Assembly: GCA_021432655.1 (NCBI GenBank)
Contig: MU271220.1
Location: 1-64,000, forward strand
DNA length: 64,000 nt
Direction of reading: 5' to 3'
DNA from: Atractiella rhizophila
Lineage: Eukaryota
The notes under the pieces: generated by a model
The model's input: only the letters and a program-made list of their open reading frames with translations
Databases searched by the model: none
What the model was told of the DNA's origin: nothing
In this document: positions 30,657 through 48,070 of the stretch, in pieces
Numbering within the stretch: position 1 is the stretch's first letter
Layout: every line of letters starts with the position of its first letter
Translations under genes and position numbers: made by a program

Positions 30657-33600
30657 TTACTTCTTCTTTCGACGTTTTCGTTTGATATCGCTCAGTGATA
30701 CATTCCTGGTTTGGGTAGTGAACGGCAATACTCTGAAATATAAGGACAACGTACGAGCTCTGTGATATGGGTTTTTCGGGGACACCATTTGATGTACCAT
30801 TTGTCAGGTCTCTCAATCTCTCAACCCCTCCTTCGCGCTCCTCGTCCTCTTCAATAGCTTTCCTTTTTCGCTTCCTGACCACACTGACAGGTTCCGGTTC
30901 AGGTGAAGGTTCAGGTTCAGATAACGAGCTCTCGCGTTGCTCCTCTTCCTCCTGTTCTTCCTCCTCCTGTTCCTCTTCAGCAACTTCACGATAGCTCTTC
31001 TCTTGCTTCTGGCGCGACGATTTTCTGCGTTCCAATGGCTCTCCGTTGTCGTCCACTGGATTCTTCTTTCTAGCATTCTTCGCCTTCGCGGGCTTTTTCT
31101 TCTTTTTCGGAGGGACGCGATCATCAACATCACCGTTCTCGTCAGCGTCTCGCTTCCGCTTCTGAGTTTTCTGACGTGGCCGATCCTTCTTTTCCTTCGC
31201 CCTTTCAGCCTTCATTGTGGCGTCCAGATTGTCAGCTGCAGCGAAAGGATCTATGGCTGACGTTTCGCCTTCTCCATCTGTTGACGGCTCTCCTTCAAGG
31301 TCAGATTCTGCAGCTCTGCGCTTGGCCAAGGCAGATTTGATCGCTGCAGACTGGATTAGCAATTGTTCCATTGCAAGCAACAAACGCACTTTTATCCTTG
31401 GTCATGATGCCAATGAGCCGCTTCTCGTACACTCGGAGTGCCTCGAAGTATCCTTTTGATATTTCCAGCCCTTTTTCTGTGACATGCGAGTCGAGCAAAG
31501 ATTTTCTATGGAGAAGTTCAGGATGGGGACATGCATCTGAGAAAACTTCGCACAGGGTAAGAGCTTCCTTGCCAGTCATGCCAGTCACAAGGTGTAAAAG
31601 GCTCTTGAAAACGGCAGATGCAATTTTGTTCCTCCGTACATCTCGTTTCTTTTTGTTGACTCGGATGGTCCCCGGCATTGCAAAAAGCTCATCCTCCTTG
31701 TCCAAGTCCGTAATCTTTTGGATTGCCCAAGTCATCATCTTGGTGTGAATGTATAAGAAGGATTCCGTTTGGAGCTTTTTAGATATCGAGAGGTTAGGAC
31801 CACGCAAGACGATGGAAGAACCGAAAAGCTTTGATAACTGAAGAATGTCTTTCTCTTCCTTGACTTTGCCTTCCAGATACAAATCATCAAACACCTTGCC
31901 CAAGACCAGTGAGCGGCAGGATTGAAGTATAGCCAATACTACATACCACTTTGAAGGACTGGACAATGATTTGCGCAGTTTCCCGCTGTGTTCCACCATA
32001 AAGAGCCCCCTCTTTCATGTCATCCGCTAGAAATTTGCAACATTGATCGTAGAAACCGCTATGAAGGATGTGGTAGTATGGGAAGAGTATCACCGAGTGA
32101 GAAATGCTGATGACACCTAATTGAATAGCTTTGACAAAAGAGCTAATGACCTCATTGAGAAGATACTCGATCTTCAATGTGTTCAACTTTTTCATGCCTA
32201 TGAAATTATGGTATCAGCAAATGGAGAAGTGCAAAGAAGGGGACAGACCTAATTGAGAACGTTTTCTTTGGTATCTTTCTTCGGTTTCTTCTTCTCTTCT
32301 CCCTCTTCTCCATCTCCATCCCCTTCTCCGTCTGTGTCCCCTTCCTCCTCCTCTTCCTCTTCGACAGTTGGCATCTCCTCTACCACCTTATCAATTTCAC
32401 TTTTCACAAACTCTGCGGCTTTCGCCTGTGTTTCCTCGCCGCAATCACAACTTAATCGCTCCGGTGAGGATGATGGTGACAGAAGGGTGTATACTGTCAT
32501 GAGATGGATGAATGCCTTGGGATGTCATCATCAGAAATACGATAAACTAAAGTAATTCGCGTGCTCACAGTTCTCTTGACGCTATCAACGACATTGGAAC
32601 TAGTCTCAAGGGTGTATTCCTTCAGTCGCTCCAGTAGGCTATTTCTCGCACCAAGGAAGCCATCAACGTCATTTTCGTCCAAGTCCTCCTTGAGCTTTAG
32701 GTTTCTGAGTTTCCAGACGAGGTGCACGGTAAGCACACCCAAACTCTCTTTAACAATCTACCAATACGTCAGCGGAAGTCAAGCCCGAGTTATGAGAGAA
32801 CGAACCTCCTCTTCCTCACGATAACCTAATCTACCCCTTTCCGCCAAAGCATCCAAACACTCCCATAGGCTTGCTCTCTGCCCTTCGGCCCCACTCTCAA
32901 GTGCATCCGAAAGGTCCCTAACCTTCTGGAAAATATTGACCCTCCGAACCGTTGCTTCCAGCGATTGCACTTCGTCCTCCTCGAATTGGGCAGTTGCGAT
33001 CTCCCCATGTCCATCCAGATTATTTCTGAACGAGCGTAGCAATAATTCTTCCAACTCGACTATCTTAACTTCGTTCGTGGCTGAAAGGCTCGATGTGGAC
33101 ATCAGCCGACGTATGAGGTGGACGGCGCGTTGAAGGACCATGAGTTCTGTGTGCCGCAAGAAATGGGATGTGAGGTGGTCCCACAGCTGTTCGTATGACT
33201 GAAAATGGATGAGCCAATGTTTGACATAATCTATAGTGAAAGGCTCACAGAAATGAGGCGCATGTCTAGATAAAGCTCAAGATTCATAAGATGAGGAAGG
33301 AGTAATAATTCGGCAACGCGAGATTCGAATGTTTTGTGTTTCTCTAGTAATCGAAGGAAGGAAGTCATGAGAGCCCGGGTGATGTCGTTTCTTGTCTCCT
33401 CTTCAGCTTGCTTGTCCTTTCCCTGGGCTTTAAGTCAGCATTCTTTTGATAGGTGTGGAAAGGCTGCGGACCTTCTTCTTCTCGGACAATGTCTTCTCCA
33501 ACACAGCTACAAGTGCTTCAATCATGATTCCCTCCTCCTCCTCATCCAACTTACATCCCTCTTCAACAGGGTCCTCATCGGGAACCTTCTTTCTCTTTGA

Positions 33601-35495
33601 AGGGCTCAGTGCCTCCTCCGTGCTTGACGAATGATCCGCCTGGAGGTATAGAAGGAGGCTTTCCCAGTCATGCAGTACGTCTAATCCATCAGCTTCCCAC
33701 AAACTGTCGACCGCAAGTGCAATTCGTCCCTTCGTCGCATAGGGGAGTTCGATATTCGGATCGGCATCTTCTAGCTTCTTGTCCAGCTCTGTCGAATATT
33801 TGGAGAGGAGGAGAGCCATGCATTTGAAAGCAAGACGGGTAACCCGTTCTTCTTGCCTTTTCCCCTTCCGGGGGCTATTACCCGATGCTTCCAGTCCGAC
33901 CTTCCGCTCTTCCACCTCCTCCCTCACTAATCTCGCCCAACAACGACTAGCCCCATCCCTCACCCCCTTGTCCTTCTCAAACACGAGAACGGCAACTTGA
34001 TCTCTCTGCTCATCCTCTAACATACCTAGCCCATCGATTTTGTCCAGCACGGATAAAGCGGCGATGCGGACTGAAGAATCGACCTCTCCGACAGCCATGT
34101 CAACGATCTGGCCTTTGAAGCGCTCTGTGAAATGTTGTAAAAGTCCCACGTAATCCGTCTGGGAGTAGACCTTCTCAAGTGCCTGAATGGCTGCCAGACG
34201 AACGAGAGGAGAGACGTCGGAGAGGAGCCAGCCGAAATAGCGAAGGTAGGCTCCATCGATCCAGTATGACGGGTAGGTCTCCATCCACACTCCTAGACTG
34301 GCGATACAGTCGAGTCGTACCAGCGGATCCGTATCATGATACCGATGAATAAAGATACTGCAATTCGTGCAATTGGTTGGTCTCAGTATCAAGATTTCAG
34401 GGAAGGAGATGAACGAACCCATGAAATATGTCTTTGCATGCCTCCTCAATCTTCTCCTTCCTTTGATCTGCTTCTTCAGCTCTTTTTTCAAACTCTCTCA
34501 ACCGACCCTTGTCCTTCTTCCCCCTCATTCCCTCTAACCTCTTCTGTTCATTCTCTCTCGCCACGCTCGCCTTCCTGAGCTCTCCTCCTACCTCTTCTCC
34601 CACACTACACAATGCTTGGACAAACAGAAGAGCGAGGAAGGTAGACGTATGTCTGAAACTCCGGAGCCTGGACGAAGAGAGAGAGACGAGCCAGGGTGAG
34701 AAGGTATCAATGAATTGCGTCGTGTGAAGGAGGTCCGTGGAGTGGAGCGTCTCGAGCAGCGTGTTGAAGAACTCGGTCAGATTTGGGCGGAGGACTTTGG
34801 AGAGCGGCGGCTTTTTGTGTATAAGCGGATATCCAAGGTCTGGAGCAGCCATATGTGCAGTCTGGATGTCGTCCAGCTTGTCCACTATCCCGTCCACGTC
34901 GATAGCCTCGTAGCGATCCACCACTCCATTGCAGCCACAACACTATATCCTGTATTCAACACACGTGTCGCGACAGGGCTAACCAGGGAAAGACGGACGC
35001 GCAGAACAAAGTTGATGAGCACAGACATTGCCTCTCCCTCTTCGTCCTCTTCTGACTGGAAAGAGGATACCCAATCTTCAACAACCGAATTAATTGAAGC
35101 ATTGGTAGAAGCCACAGCGTCTTCGCAATGCCAATCTCAACCCACTTTTCCCACAAGCAAGAGATAGACTTACTCCATAACTGGTTATCTGATTCAATGC
35201 GGAGATCCACACCACCAATGACTGCTTTCTTTTTCCTTCCTCCACCTCCACCCTTTTTTGGAGCAGCAGGCTTCTTCGCCCTATTCTTTGGTGTTGGCTT
35301 TTTAGCAACATATTCCTCCTCTTTGTCACTATCAACCCCGGCGTCGTCCGTGTCCTCAACAGAGGAGAGCTCTAAAGACGCGTCAAAATAGTTTAACAAC
35401 GCGTATTAAAGCCTACCGCTTTCGTCCTCTGCCGGTGCTGGAGGATCCTTATAGTTCGTAGGTGCCTTTGTGCGAGCTGAGCGTCGAGGAGGCAT
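30657..35495 (-). CDS. SCC3: Cohesin subunit Scc3/Psc3/STAG
   Basis: PWLVSLSSSRLRSFRHTSTFLAL; FIHRYHDTDPLVRLDCIASLGVWMETYP...YLRYFGWLLSD (STAG/SCD); FTERFKGQIVDMA; start MPPRRSARTKAP at 35495; spliced end SDIKRKRRKKK*. Confidence 0.94.
35372..35416. promoter_or_regulatory. Two MluI cell-cycle boxes (ACGCGT) within intron 1 of SCC3
   Basis: ACGCGT at 35378-35383 and 35399-35404 inside a 45-nt intron; function inferred. Confidence 0.45.
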
Positions 35496-35716
35496 TGCCA
35501 ATTGGTCAGAAATTGGTGGTTTCTGTTGGTTGGTATGCTTTGACTTCGATGCGTCATCAACATACATCAACATGCCTCCGCTTTTCCACCTTTGTCCTCT
35601 TGACTCGCTTTAGCCTTGTGCAAGTCATTTCTGTTTTCTTGTGTACCCATTGGGGAAAGGCATAAAAGGCTCGGACTTATCACTGGAAGACTGTGCAAGG
35701 TGGCAATTGGGGGAAC

Positions 35717-36917
35717 ATGAAAGTACGTGTCATATCAGGAGTAGGAGAAGCTGGGTCAATGGACAAGAACGCGACATTCGCGCTCGTTCGACGCGCTCGA
35801 GCGCCTTCGACTTGGGCGAAGACGCACGAATATGACGATCCGCCGCCAGAGGGCGACTCTACGCTTCCTTCGTTTCGGTACAATGTCAACCCACCAGCAA
35901 AAGCAGACTTTTCCGAATGGTTGATCACCCATCCACTTCCTCCCACCCCTCCTCGGCTCCCATCGTTCGAGCATAAGCATTCAGTCGTGGTCGTGCCTCA
36001 GAAAAGGACTGTTCGGGAGTGGACACTCCAGGAACCAGCGGTGGTAGAGCTACCGCCAGTAAAGGATCGGAATCTAGACGCAGAGAACGAGCAAGCAAGA
36101 GGTAGCGGCAAGTTGGCGTCTATCATTCCCGCGCCATACTTTTACCCAGTTGTGCCTGTCGAACTCAGTCATTCTCCCCTCCGCGACCTCCCTCAAGCTC
36201 CAATTCTACACACTCTCCTCACACCGTCCGAACTCTACAACAATCCGCTCCGAAAACGGCTTGGGGAACACCACCGCGGTTTCTGGCTCATTCCGGTCTA
36301 CCTCCCGCCTCCTCTCAACCGACTCCCGGTCAGCAGGGCCAGCATCCCAACCTGGCCGCGCGTTCTATCCTCGAGGGGAGACAGTCAGAACTCGAACCAG
36401 ACCAAATCCACCAATCTCAGCGTTCCGAACCAGTTCTCGAATCTCGAATGGACGAATAGGAGACTCTACGGCTTTCATCGGATGATGTGCAAAGTAGCAA
36501 ACACGGGAAGAGTGCGTCTTCTCCTCCCTCCGTTCTCAGTCAAGTCTGATGTAAGTTCTATTGTTCAGATGGGTCACATTGTGATTCAAGCATTCTTTGC
36601 GCCATCCTCAGCTCCAAGCCCCCTCGAACCCGATAGTTCTCTTCACAGTCAAGAAAGTTACACCACTCGGGAGCAGAAGCAGCAAGCCATTCGGAATTGG
36701 GGTGACCATCTAAGGGTCTGGTGTGATGGTCCGGTAGCACTCGCCGTGAGGGAAGCCATGAAGGAAATCACTAATAAGCCGGACGATTCGGAACGTTGTG
36801 AGTATTTCCTTGTTCGATGTGTTTTTTAGGAACGACTGAGTGGAAGGGGAAGGTATTGGTGACGGAATCGCCCTCATTTGGTGCGATGAGAAAGGACGAC
36901 CTATGTTTGTGGCTTGA
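35717..36917 (+). CDS. Hypothetical Pro-rich fungal protein
   Basis: 378-aa ORF with probable introns; likely last exon GEGIGDGIALIWCDEKGRPMFVA*; divergent from SCC3. Confidence 0.6.
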
Positions 36918-37417
36918 TGCAAAGGACTCGACGATCGCTTCAATCACTTATTTGATACATGTCTTGGATTTTATTATCGAACAAGGAGTTTGCTCGACCA
37001 TCGTATTGCCAAGAGGAGAAGAATGTTCGATGTTCGATGGTCCCTCCGTAAAATACCTTTGGAAGAAGATATCACTCAAGATGATTCCCCGATAAGTCCC
37101 TCAAGGATGGGCGACTCGGATTTACAACTTATATGTGCCACCATCAACTTTCAGTCAAGCAGGTAGTGCTCGGTTCAGTTGCAAGGGGTATTCGTTTTCA
37201 ACACCTCAGTTATCAATCTCAATGATCTCAAACTCTTTCGTGGCTCCGAGGTATTCAGTGAACATCAATCGGTAATCTGTGAAATTGTTGCTGAAGATAT
37301 CTTGAATGCAATTATGATTTTGTACAGGAGTTTTGACAAGACAAACGAAATATATGCGAGACAGAGTTGGCACAGAGAGGATCAATGCAATATAACTTGG
37401 TGAACAATCTCACAACG

Positions 37418-38137
37418 TCAACGAAGAGCTTTCAATCTCTCAATTTCCTCCAGAAGTCTTTCTCGTTCCGCTTCCCACTCCCTTTCCCTCTCCTGTAATT
37501 CCTTAACCTTCTTCTCCAGTCCGTCTGCCCTTCTCTGAATGCTCTCGTAATGCGCCGACTTTGCCTCCAGCTGCTTGACATATGCGGCTTGACGCTCTCG
37601 AAACGCTCGTTGAGATTCACGATTCTGCTGTGCTCTTTCTACTCGAGCAAGCGACCCATCCATTCGATACCTTACCTCTGAGAGAGAAAAGAAGAAAGGC
37701 TCACTCGTATCTTTCAAAACCCTCCCATTTCTCGCCGTAGATGAGTTGAATTCCGGACTCCTAGCCTCCTCCGTCTCCTCCCCTCCCACAGTGTCCTCAC
37801 TCTCGTAGGAAGCTGCCTTCCTCTTCTTCCCGCCTTGTGCCGATTGGCGTTCGCCTTTTGTTTCCGGAGGCGGGTCGCAGATCGTCGGCCTGGCGTCTTC
37901 TGGCAGCTCTCTGATAAGGTTGCTCAGCAGTTTTGGGTCGATGCTTGACTGCTGTGGCTGGGAGGAAGCGAAGTCGAGCAAGGCGATGGATGAAGATGGG
38001 TGGGATGCTACTGACTCGCTTGGTCGAGGGTAGTAGAGGTTGTTGGAGGAAAAGGACGAGGGAATTGACTGATAAGGTATCTTTGAATGATTCCAGAGTA
38101 TAAATGAGGGACGAACCTGTTCTGAGAGGGAATCCAT
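37418..38137 (-). CDS. bZIP transcription factor, Yap/AP-1-like basic region
   Basis: Spliced basic region KRAQQNRESQRAFRERQAAYVKQLE followed by a leucine-zipper heptad coil. Confidence 0.85.
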   Translation of the reverse strand: MDSLSEQVRPSFILWNHSKIPYQSIPSSFSSNNLYYPRPSESVASHPSSSIALLDFASSQPQQSSIDPKLLSNLIRELPEDARPTICDPPPETKGERQSAQGGKKRKAASYESEDTVGGEETEEARSPEFNSSTARNGRVLKDTSEPFFFSLSEVRYRMDGSLARVERAQQNRESQRAFRERQAAYVKQLEAKSAHYESIQRRADGLEKKVKELQEREREWEAERERLLEEIERLKALR

Positions 38138-38916
38138 CGCGAGGCCGGTTGAAGTTGGTGGTCGTTTTCTCTCGCTGACCGATCATCAAACGTTATGCAA
38201 TAATCCTCCATGCAGATGTCGCGTGTGTAAATCGAGCTGCAGATATGTAAGGACGCAAAGGTGTGTGTCAAACCGGCTACTTTTGGAGACTAATGGGTAA
38301 CTGCCATTTGTGCCTACGCCTGCTCGCGATATGACTTGGCATTCACTTACACTAGTAGTTGCCAATTTCCTGCCATCTCCTGGAAATTGTCGCAAACGAC
38401 GAGATAGATTGCAAGGATGTGTTGTTCTGCGGCTGGTGATGCGTGAGGGACAACAGATCTTTGTTGCCCTTGCCCTTGTGATGTGATGTGGATTTGCCCG
38501 TCTGGGATGAAACCCGGCTTGGTTCCAGCGAACTGGCAGAGGGGATGGACACGAGTTCCGTCCAATCGAGAGCTGTCGTCCGTTCCATAGAAAGGGAGGT
38601 ATTACAATAGGGCTCAGGTCATCTGGATGCTCTCACTGCGATGCAGTGGAGATTGGCTTCTAGCACGCACTTCGCTGCAAGTTACCAGCATTAACTTATT
38701 CTCGAAATATGTGGTTTCAAACGCCTCAGGATGGCAAGCCTCCGCGTCCTTAACATTACGGCTACGGATCTAATCCCTCCTCCGCCTTCCCTGCTGCTCG
38801 GAAGCCAGTAGATTGTAACTCCTGAAGATACACAGATGACTATACATTTCCTTTTCCTTTAGGTACATATGTCCAAGCGCACAAGGCGTTAAAAAGGGCC
38901 CGGTGGACGAACCTGA

Positions 38917-39865
38917 TTATTCGACCCAACCATGAGCTCGCACGGTCTGCAAACACTTCTCTGGCCGCTCACAGAACAGCTCGAATTCGAAAACCTGGCC
39001 GTACTCCCTCTCCCCTTCCACTTGTACCATGGATATATACTTCTCGAACAACTCATGCTTTGTCCTCGCCTTCTCTCCTCGGATCGGTGGATATTGTGGA
39101 GGACGCGGTGTCGGCATTGTAACGCTGAGAGGTGGGTTTGGGGCTGAATGCGACGAGACGGAGGAGGAACTGCTGCTGTTGGAAATGGTGTTGGTCGTAG
39201 GCAACATGTGTGAGCGGTCGGATGAGAAGTAGGCGAGGAAGAAGGATGAAGGCACTATTCGAAACGAGCTTCACCAACCGATACGCCAGGCGATCAATTG
39301 TGCGCAGGAGGGAAGCGGAAGGAGAAATTCTACCTTTTGTAGTCTGGCGGTGTCGCTGGAGAGAAAGTCGACGCTATCCATCCTAGATTCGAGGTCAGCC
39401 GATGTTCTGAAATGAACGGGAGTACAGGAAGGACACACGGGAGAAAGAAATGGGAGAATCAAGCAGCGAATCTCGATCCCATATCACGAACTCCTGCTCT
39501 GGCGACATGCGAGTGAGGGCGACGACATGGTAATCCTGATCAAGCGTCTCCATTGGTTGCCTGTTCTAAAGGAGGAATGAGGACAGGGCGACTTACCCAA
39601 ATGACCCAATTTGATTGGTCCGGACGTTGCGAGATCTTTTGATTGAAGAGCAGTGATTGCTGGGCTTCATTGGAGATAAAGATGGCGTATGATTCGCCAG
39701 CCAACTTCTGACGGTGAATGAGATGGAGGAGGTTGTAAACGTTTTCTGATTGAGTTCAAATTCCGAAGAAGTCAACATACCAGATGGGGGAAGGACAAGA
39801 ATGAACCTGCCTTCGCAATAATACGGAGTGTAACTCGCGGATGCTTCTTCCCAGGCTTCCTCCAT
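38917..39865 (-). CDS. NTAQ1: Protein N-terminal glutamine amidohydrolase (NTAQ1/WDYHV1 family); 3' end may extend to ~38770
   Basis: Spliced translation YTPYYCE|ENVYNLL...YAIFISNE...NWVIW|DYHVVAL...VIWDRDSLL...FLAYFSSDRSHM...PPQYPPI; motifs YCEEN, WDYHV, F(S)SDRSHM. Confidence 0.88.
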
Positions 39866-40294
39866 TCTTGTGCTCCACAGTCTCCCTCCCAACGATTCTG
39901 TGCAAGGCTTTATAGTAAGAACGACAATTAAAATCCTATTTTGGGGAAGGCGATTAATTATTTATTCCACGGTTGTAGTTCCAGCCCAGTGCAGTCTGAG
40001 GCCGACACCTACGCACAGCCGAAGCTCCTCAGCCTCTGACAATAAAGCGAGATCCAACCGCGAATAAGAACACAAACGCGTCCAAATTGACATCAACGTG
40101 TTCTGCACGACAATGCGGGAAGGCAAAACGAGAGATCGTGGGGATGGCGGTCAGGTGACTACGCCCCCGCTGAGGCTTCGTTTCGCGTGCGTCCGACAGA
40201 AAGAGTCGACGAATCTGCACGTCCTAACGCCCTCGTGACACCTTCCTTGCGTTCGATTGCATCAGCCTCGCCTTCTCTTTCACCCAGCGCGGCC

Positions 40295-40301
40295 TATATA
40301 A
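40295..40301 (+). promoter_or_regulatory. Putative TATA box of the LRR gene
   Basis: TATATAA about 100 bp upstream of ATG 40402. Confidence 0.35.
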
Positions 40302-40401
40302 CCCTCGCCTCTGATCGCACTTTCCGCCAGAAGTTGTCAAAGTCAACGTCATCTCAAACATAAAACGTTTTTGTCCAACTCGCCAAGGAGATCGAGTGTA
40401 A

Positions 40402-43014
40402 ATGGCAGTCAGTCTCCCTACAGACATCGTCGGGTCAGTGTTCACGCCAGGTTGTCGTTGAGAATGGAAATTGATCGAGAATGACACAGATTGATATGTT
40501 ATCACCTTTACCGTCTCGCACTCCCCACCGCCAACCAAGGGATTGACCCCACCCTCGTGCCCATCCAGCCAAAGATCGCAGTCCACAGTCCGAATGGTCG
40601 TCTGCCGCTCGCCACTGAGTTCGCTCCATCCGACTTCGAAGTCGTCAAGCGCACGTTCCGTCATCTTACCGAGTTGGGCAGTCGAGTTTGGTTCTTGGAG
40701 GCGAGGAAGTATCAGTGGGAATTCGTGAGCATCAAATACCCGAGGGTGCTTTCCTTTCTTTCTTTTCGATTGTCTTCTGAGCAATGCAACGGCACAGGGA
40801 ATGCACTCTGTACTTCTCACCCTTGACCGTCACCCCTCCCGCTCCCGCTTCCTCCTCCAACCTTGCACATATCCCAGCTCTCCTTCTCCGAATTCCGCTC
40901 CCACGGCCTCGGTCGCTCCGTAGGGCAAGGAAATACAGAACGCTTTGTGACCCCGACCAACTTGCTCAAGCTCTTAAAGTCGACGAGAGGAGGAAAGAGG
41001 TTGGTCAAGCCTGAAGCGGTGTGGGAACTGGATGGATTGGAGGAGGAGGACGAAGGTGAGGAGGAAGAGGACGACGAGGAAGCCAAGGAATTTGTGGTCC
41101 GCCCGGGCAGTCTTTCAGCTGTCGCATTCTCAGGTATGTGCTTCATCTGTCCTCCCCAAAGGAAGAGGCGACGCTGACTCCAAAGATTTTGATAGAATAC
41201 ATGGATTCATCCATCACCTTTCCTGTCCTCTCGGAACTACTCCTCCGTGGCGGCTACGTCGCAGAATACCGTCGACTGACCTCGCGAACAGCGACACCAC
41301 CTCCCTTGTCCCCCAACACCCCTCCAACAACGCCATCTCCTCCGCCATCCGAGCTCCCGGAACGTCGTGGTCGTTCCCGCACTCGCCATCCCAGTTCCAC
41401 TTCCACACCTCAACGCCCCTCCCTCTCTCGCTCGCTCAGTGGCGGTAGCTCGATCTTTCACTCGCCCGAAAGCAGGCGGCGCTCTCTCGAGACTTGGTCG
41501 AAGAGTCGGAGTCGGAGCAGATTCAATGAAAGCCCGTATCGCTCGTCGATCGCGGTGTCGAGGAATATGGGAAGAGAGGATGGGATGACGATGGAGAGCC
41601 ATGTAGAGCGTGCAGACTTCGTACAAGCCGTTGAAGGCTCAACCGAGATTAGGCCCCTCGATGCCCTGGATCTGATGGGATGTGTGAGCGAGAGGTTCGT
41701 TGAAGGACTACGGGTGTTCGTGGAGCGGTATAACCTTATGGGGAACGTCCATGCCTTGTTGAGCAAGGATGGCAAGAACAGAACGCTAGTGTTGGTTGAT
41801 CAGAAGGTTGAAGACTTGAAGGAGGAGTTCAAGCTCAATCGAATACTCTTCCCCCACCTGAGAAGACTCGGCCTGTTCAATTGTCTACTCTCTCCCGACC
41901 TCCTGGTGCCATTCGTCGCTTCGTTTCCAGAACTCACTCACCTCGATCTCTGCAATACGAGGTCTGTACTCCGCTTTCTTTTAAAAGGTGTAGGCTGATG
42001 GTTGAAGAATGCAGGGCGAATCGACAGCTGCTGAAATGCCTAGCGAGACAAGGAGAAGGAAAGGGTAAAATGCGACTCGAGGTTCTTTCCCTGTCTCGTT
42101 GTCGAAATGTGGACTCTACCTCGCTCAAAGGGCTCCTTGTCGGCGACCTGGAGGAGCGGAAGAATGTGCTGGAGGAACCGGAAGACGTAGAATGGGGAGA
42201 AGGCCTCACCTGCTCCAGACTAACCGACTTTGCCCTTTTCGGAGACCCGCAGACCCCCTCTCCTCTCGCCCACAACGAATTGGCAGCCATCATTGACCGT
42301 TCTCCAATGCTGTCATCCAGCCTTCTGCGAAGACTTGATCTCTCATCTGCACCACTAACAGATGAGCTCCTGGCTGCCCTCCCTACTCTCCCCTCGCTGC
42401 TTGAACTCGGTCTGGCGCATTGCCGAAACATTACGCTCCGCGGTGTAGCCAGCTACCTCGTCAACTCCGCGCCGGGCGTTGAAGTCCTCAATCTAAACGG
42501 GAGCTGCCCAATGCTCATCCCTCCGATCGGCACGAACGCAGCGAGGCGAGGACTCGGAAATGACAGGGGGATGGACGTGCTCGCCCTTTTCACTCAGCTC
42601 ATCAAGGAAGCTGCCACCCCTCGTTCGCGACCTCTTTTGGACTATCTGAACCCTAAGGCCGATCGCGATGATTTGGAAGGTCGCAAGACCCATTTGAGGG
42701 TCATCGAACTCGATAAGGCGACGCTCACATCCATTCGAGGAGGACCGCCCACTTGGAAAGTCATTTGGGGGAAGGGCAGGAGAGGTTGGCTTGTCGACAT
42801 CAGCGTTGCGGGCATTGACGGTCCTGAGGGGAGATACCTTGTTCCGCTGAAGGAAGATGATGAACGAAGGATAGCTCTGTTATCGCTCAGCGCCTTGAAT
42901 GGAAACGTCCCTACGACCACTGGGTGGTATTCACAAAAACCAGAGTTGCTCGATGGACTAGGATTTTTGGGCAGGGAGAGCGGCATGTTTGCTTATCACG
43001 CTTACGCTAACTAA
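40402..43014 (+). CDS. F-box-like/leucine-rich repeat (RNI-like) protein
   Basis: MAVSLPTDIVG|LICYHLY; LRRs LRRLGLFNC, LTHLDLCNT, LEVLSLSRC, LRRLDLSS, LLELGLAHC, VEVLNLNG; C-terminal HLRVIEL...GRESGMFAYHAYAN*. Confidence 0.8.
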
Positions 43015-43455
43015 TCACAAAGCTCCAAAAAGTATTCATGGCTCACGCTAATTACGACTTAATTACGTCTTCTCTTCGATCAAATCAAAAAAAACAACAC
43101 CTATGTTGCTCTTTTACCAACGTCTCCTTTGTAGCACTATCTGTATTCGTAACTCACAACATCTACCTATTTATAGTTTTCAAGGAAGTCCTGGGATACC
43201 GTGGATGGATACCCAAGGTTGATGGATTTTCGATGAACAATTGCACAACTGTAAAGAACAATGGAAAGAAGCGTGAAAAAGAAGTATTGGGAGTCAGCAC
43301 CAATTACAAGTACATCCATAGACTCCTTCCAGACGGGGGCAATGGAAATGAAAACAGCGCACTGGTGGCATGGCGAAAACTGAATCCTTTGGTACGACTT
43401 CTCTTACCAGCCATCAGTACGTCCATGTCGAGAGGAGGTGCGGGAATCAGTGAGT

Positions 43456-47683
<4,228 letters not shown>

Positions 47684-48070
47684 GATTTCGGTGCTCCGGA
47701 AAGTGGGTTAAAGTGATAGTTTGGGGATTAAGGCGTGTGATAGTACAAGGGCAGGAGATTTATAACCTGGACTAGTCGTTAATGGTGAAAGAAGCTCTCG
47801 ACGCCTCGAATGGGCACGCTTGATGTCGGTGGTACTCAGCGCGATTTCTTTCAGAGATTGGCACGGAACCGACGGCCGGAGCTGATGAAATTACCAGATC
47901 TGGTTGTGGCAAATCCAAGGCACGCTAACGACAATCAACGAATAGACCAGGAAACCACCAAGTGCGTTTTCAGTCCGCCTCAGAAAGTATATATCTCTGG
48001 CCTTTGCGACGAAGAAGTGTGCGAAAAAGTGTTAATAGCAGCTTACTGAAAACAACGAAAGAAATCGATC

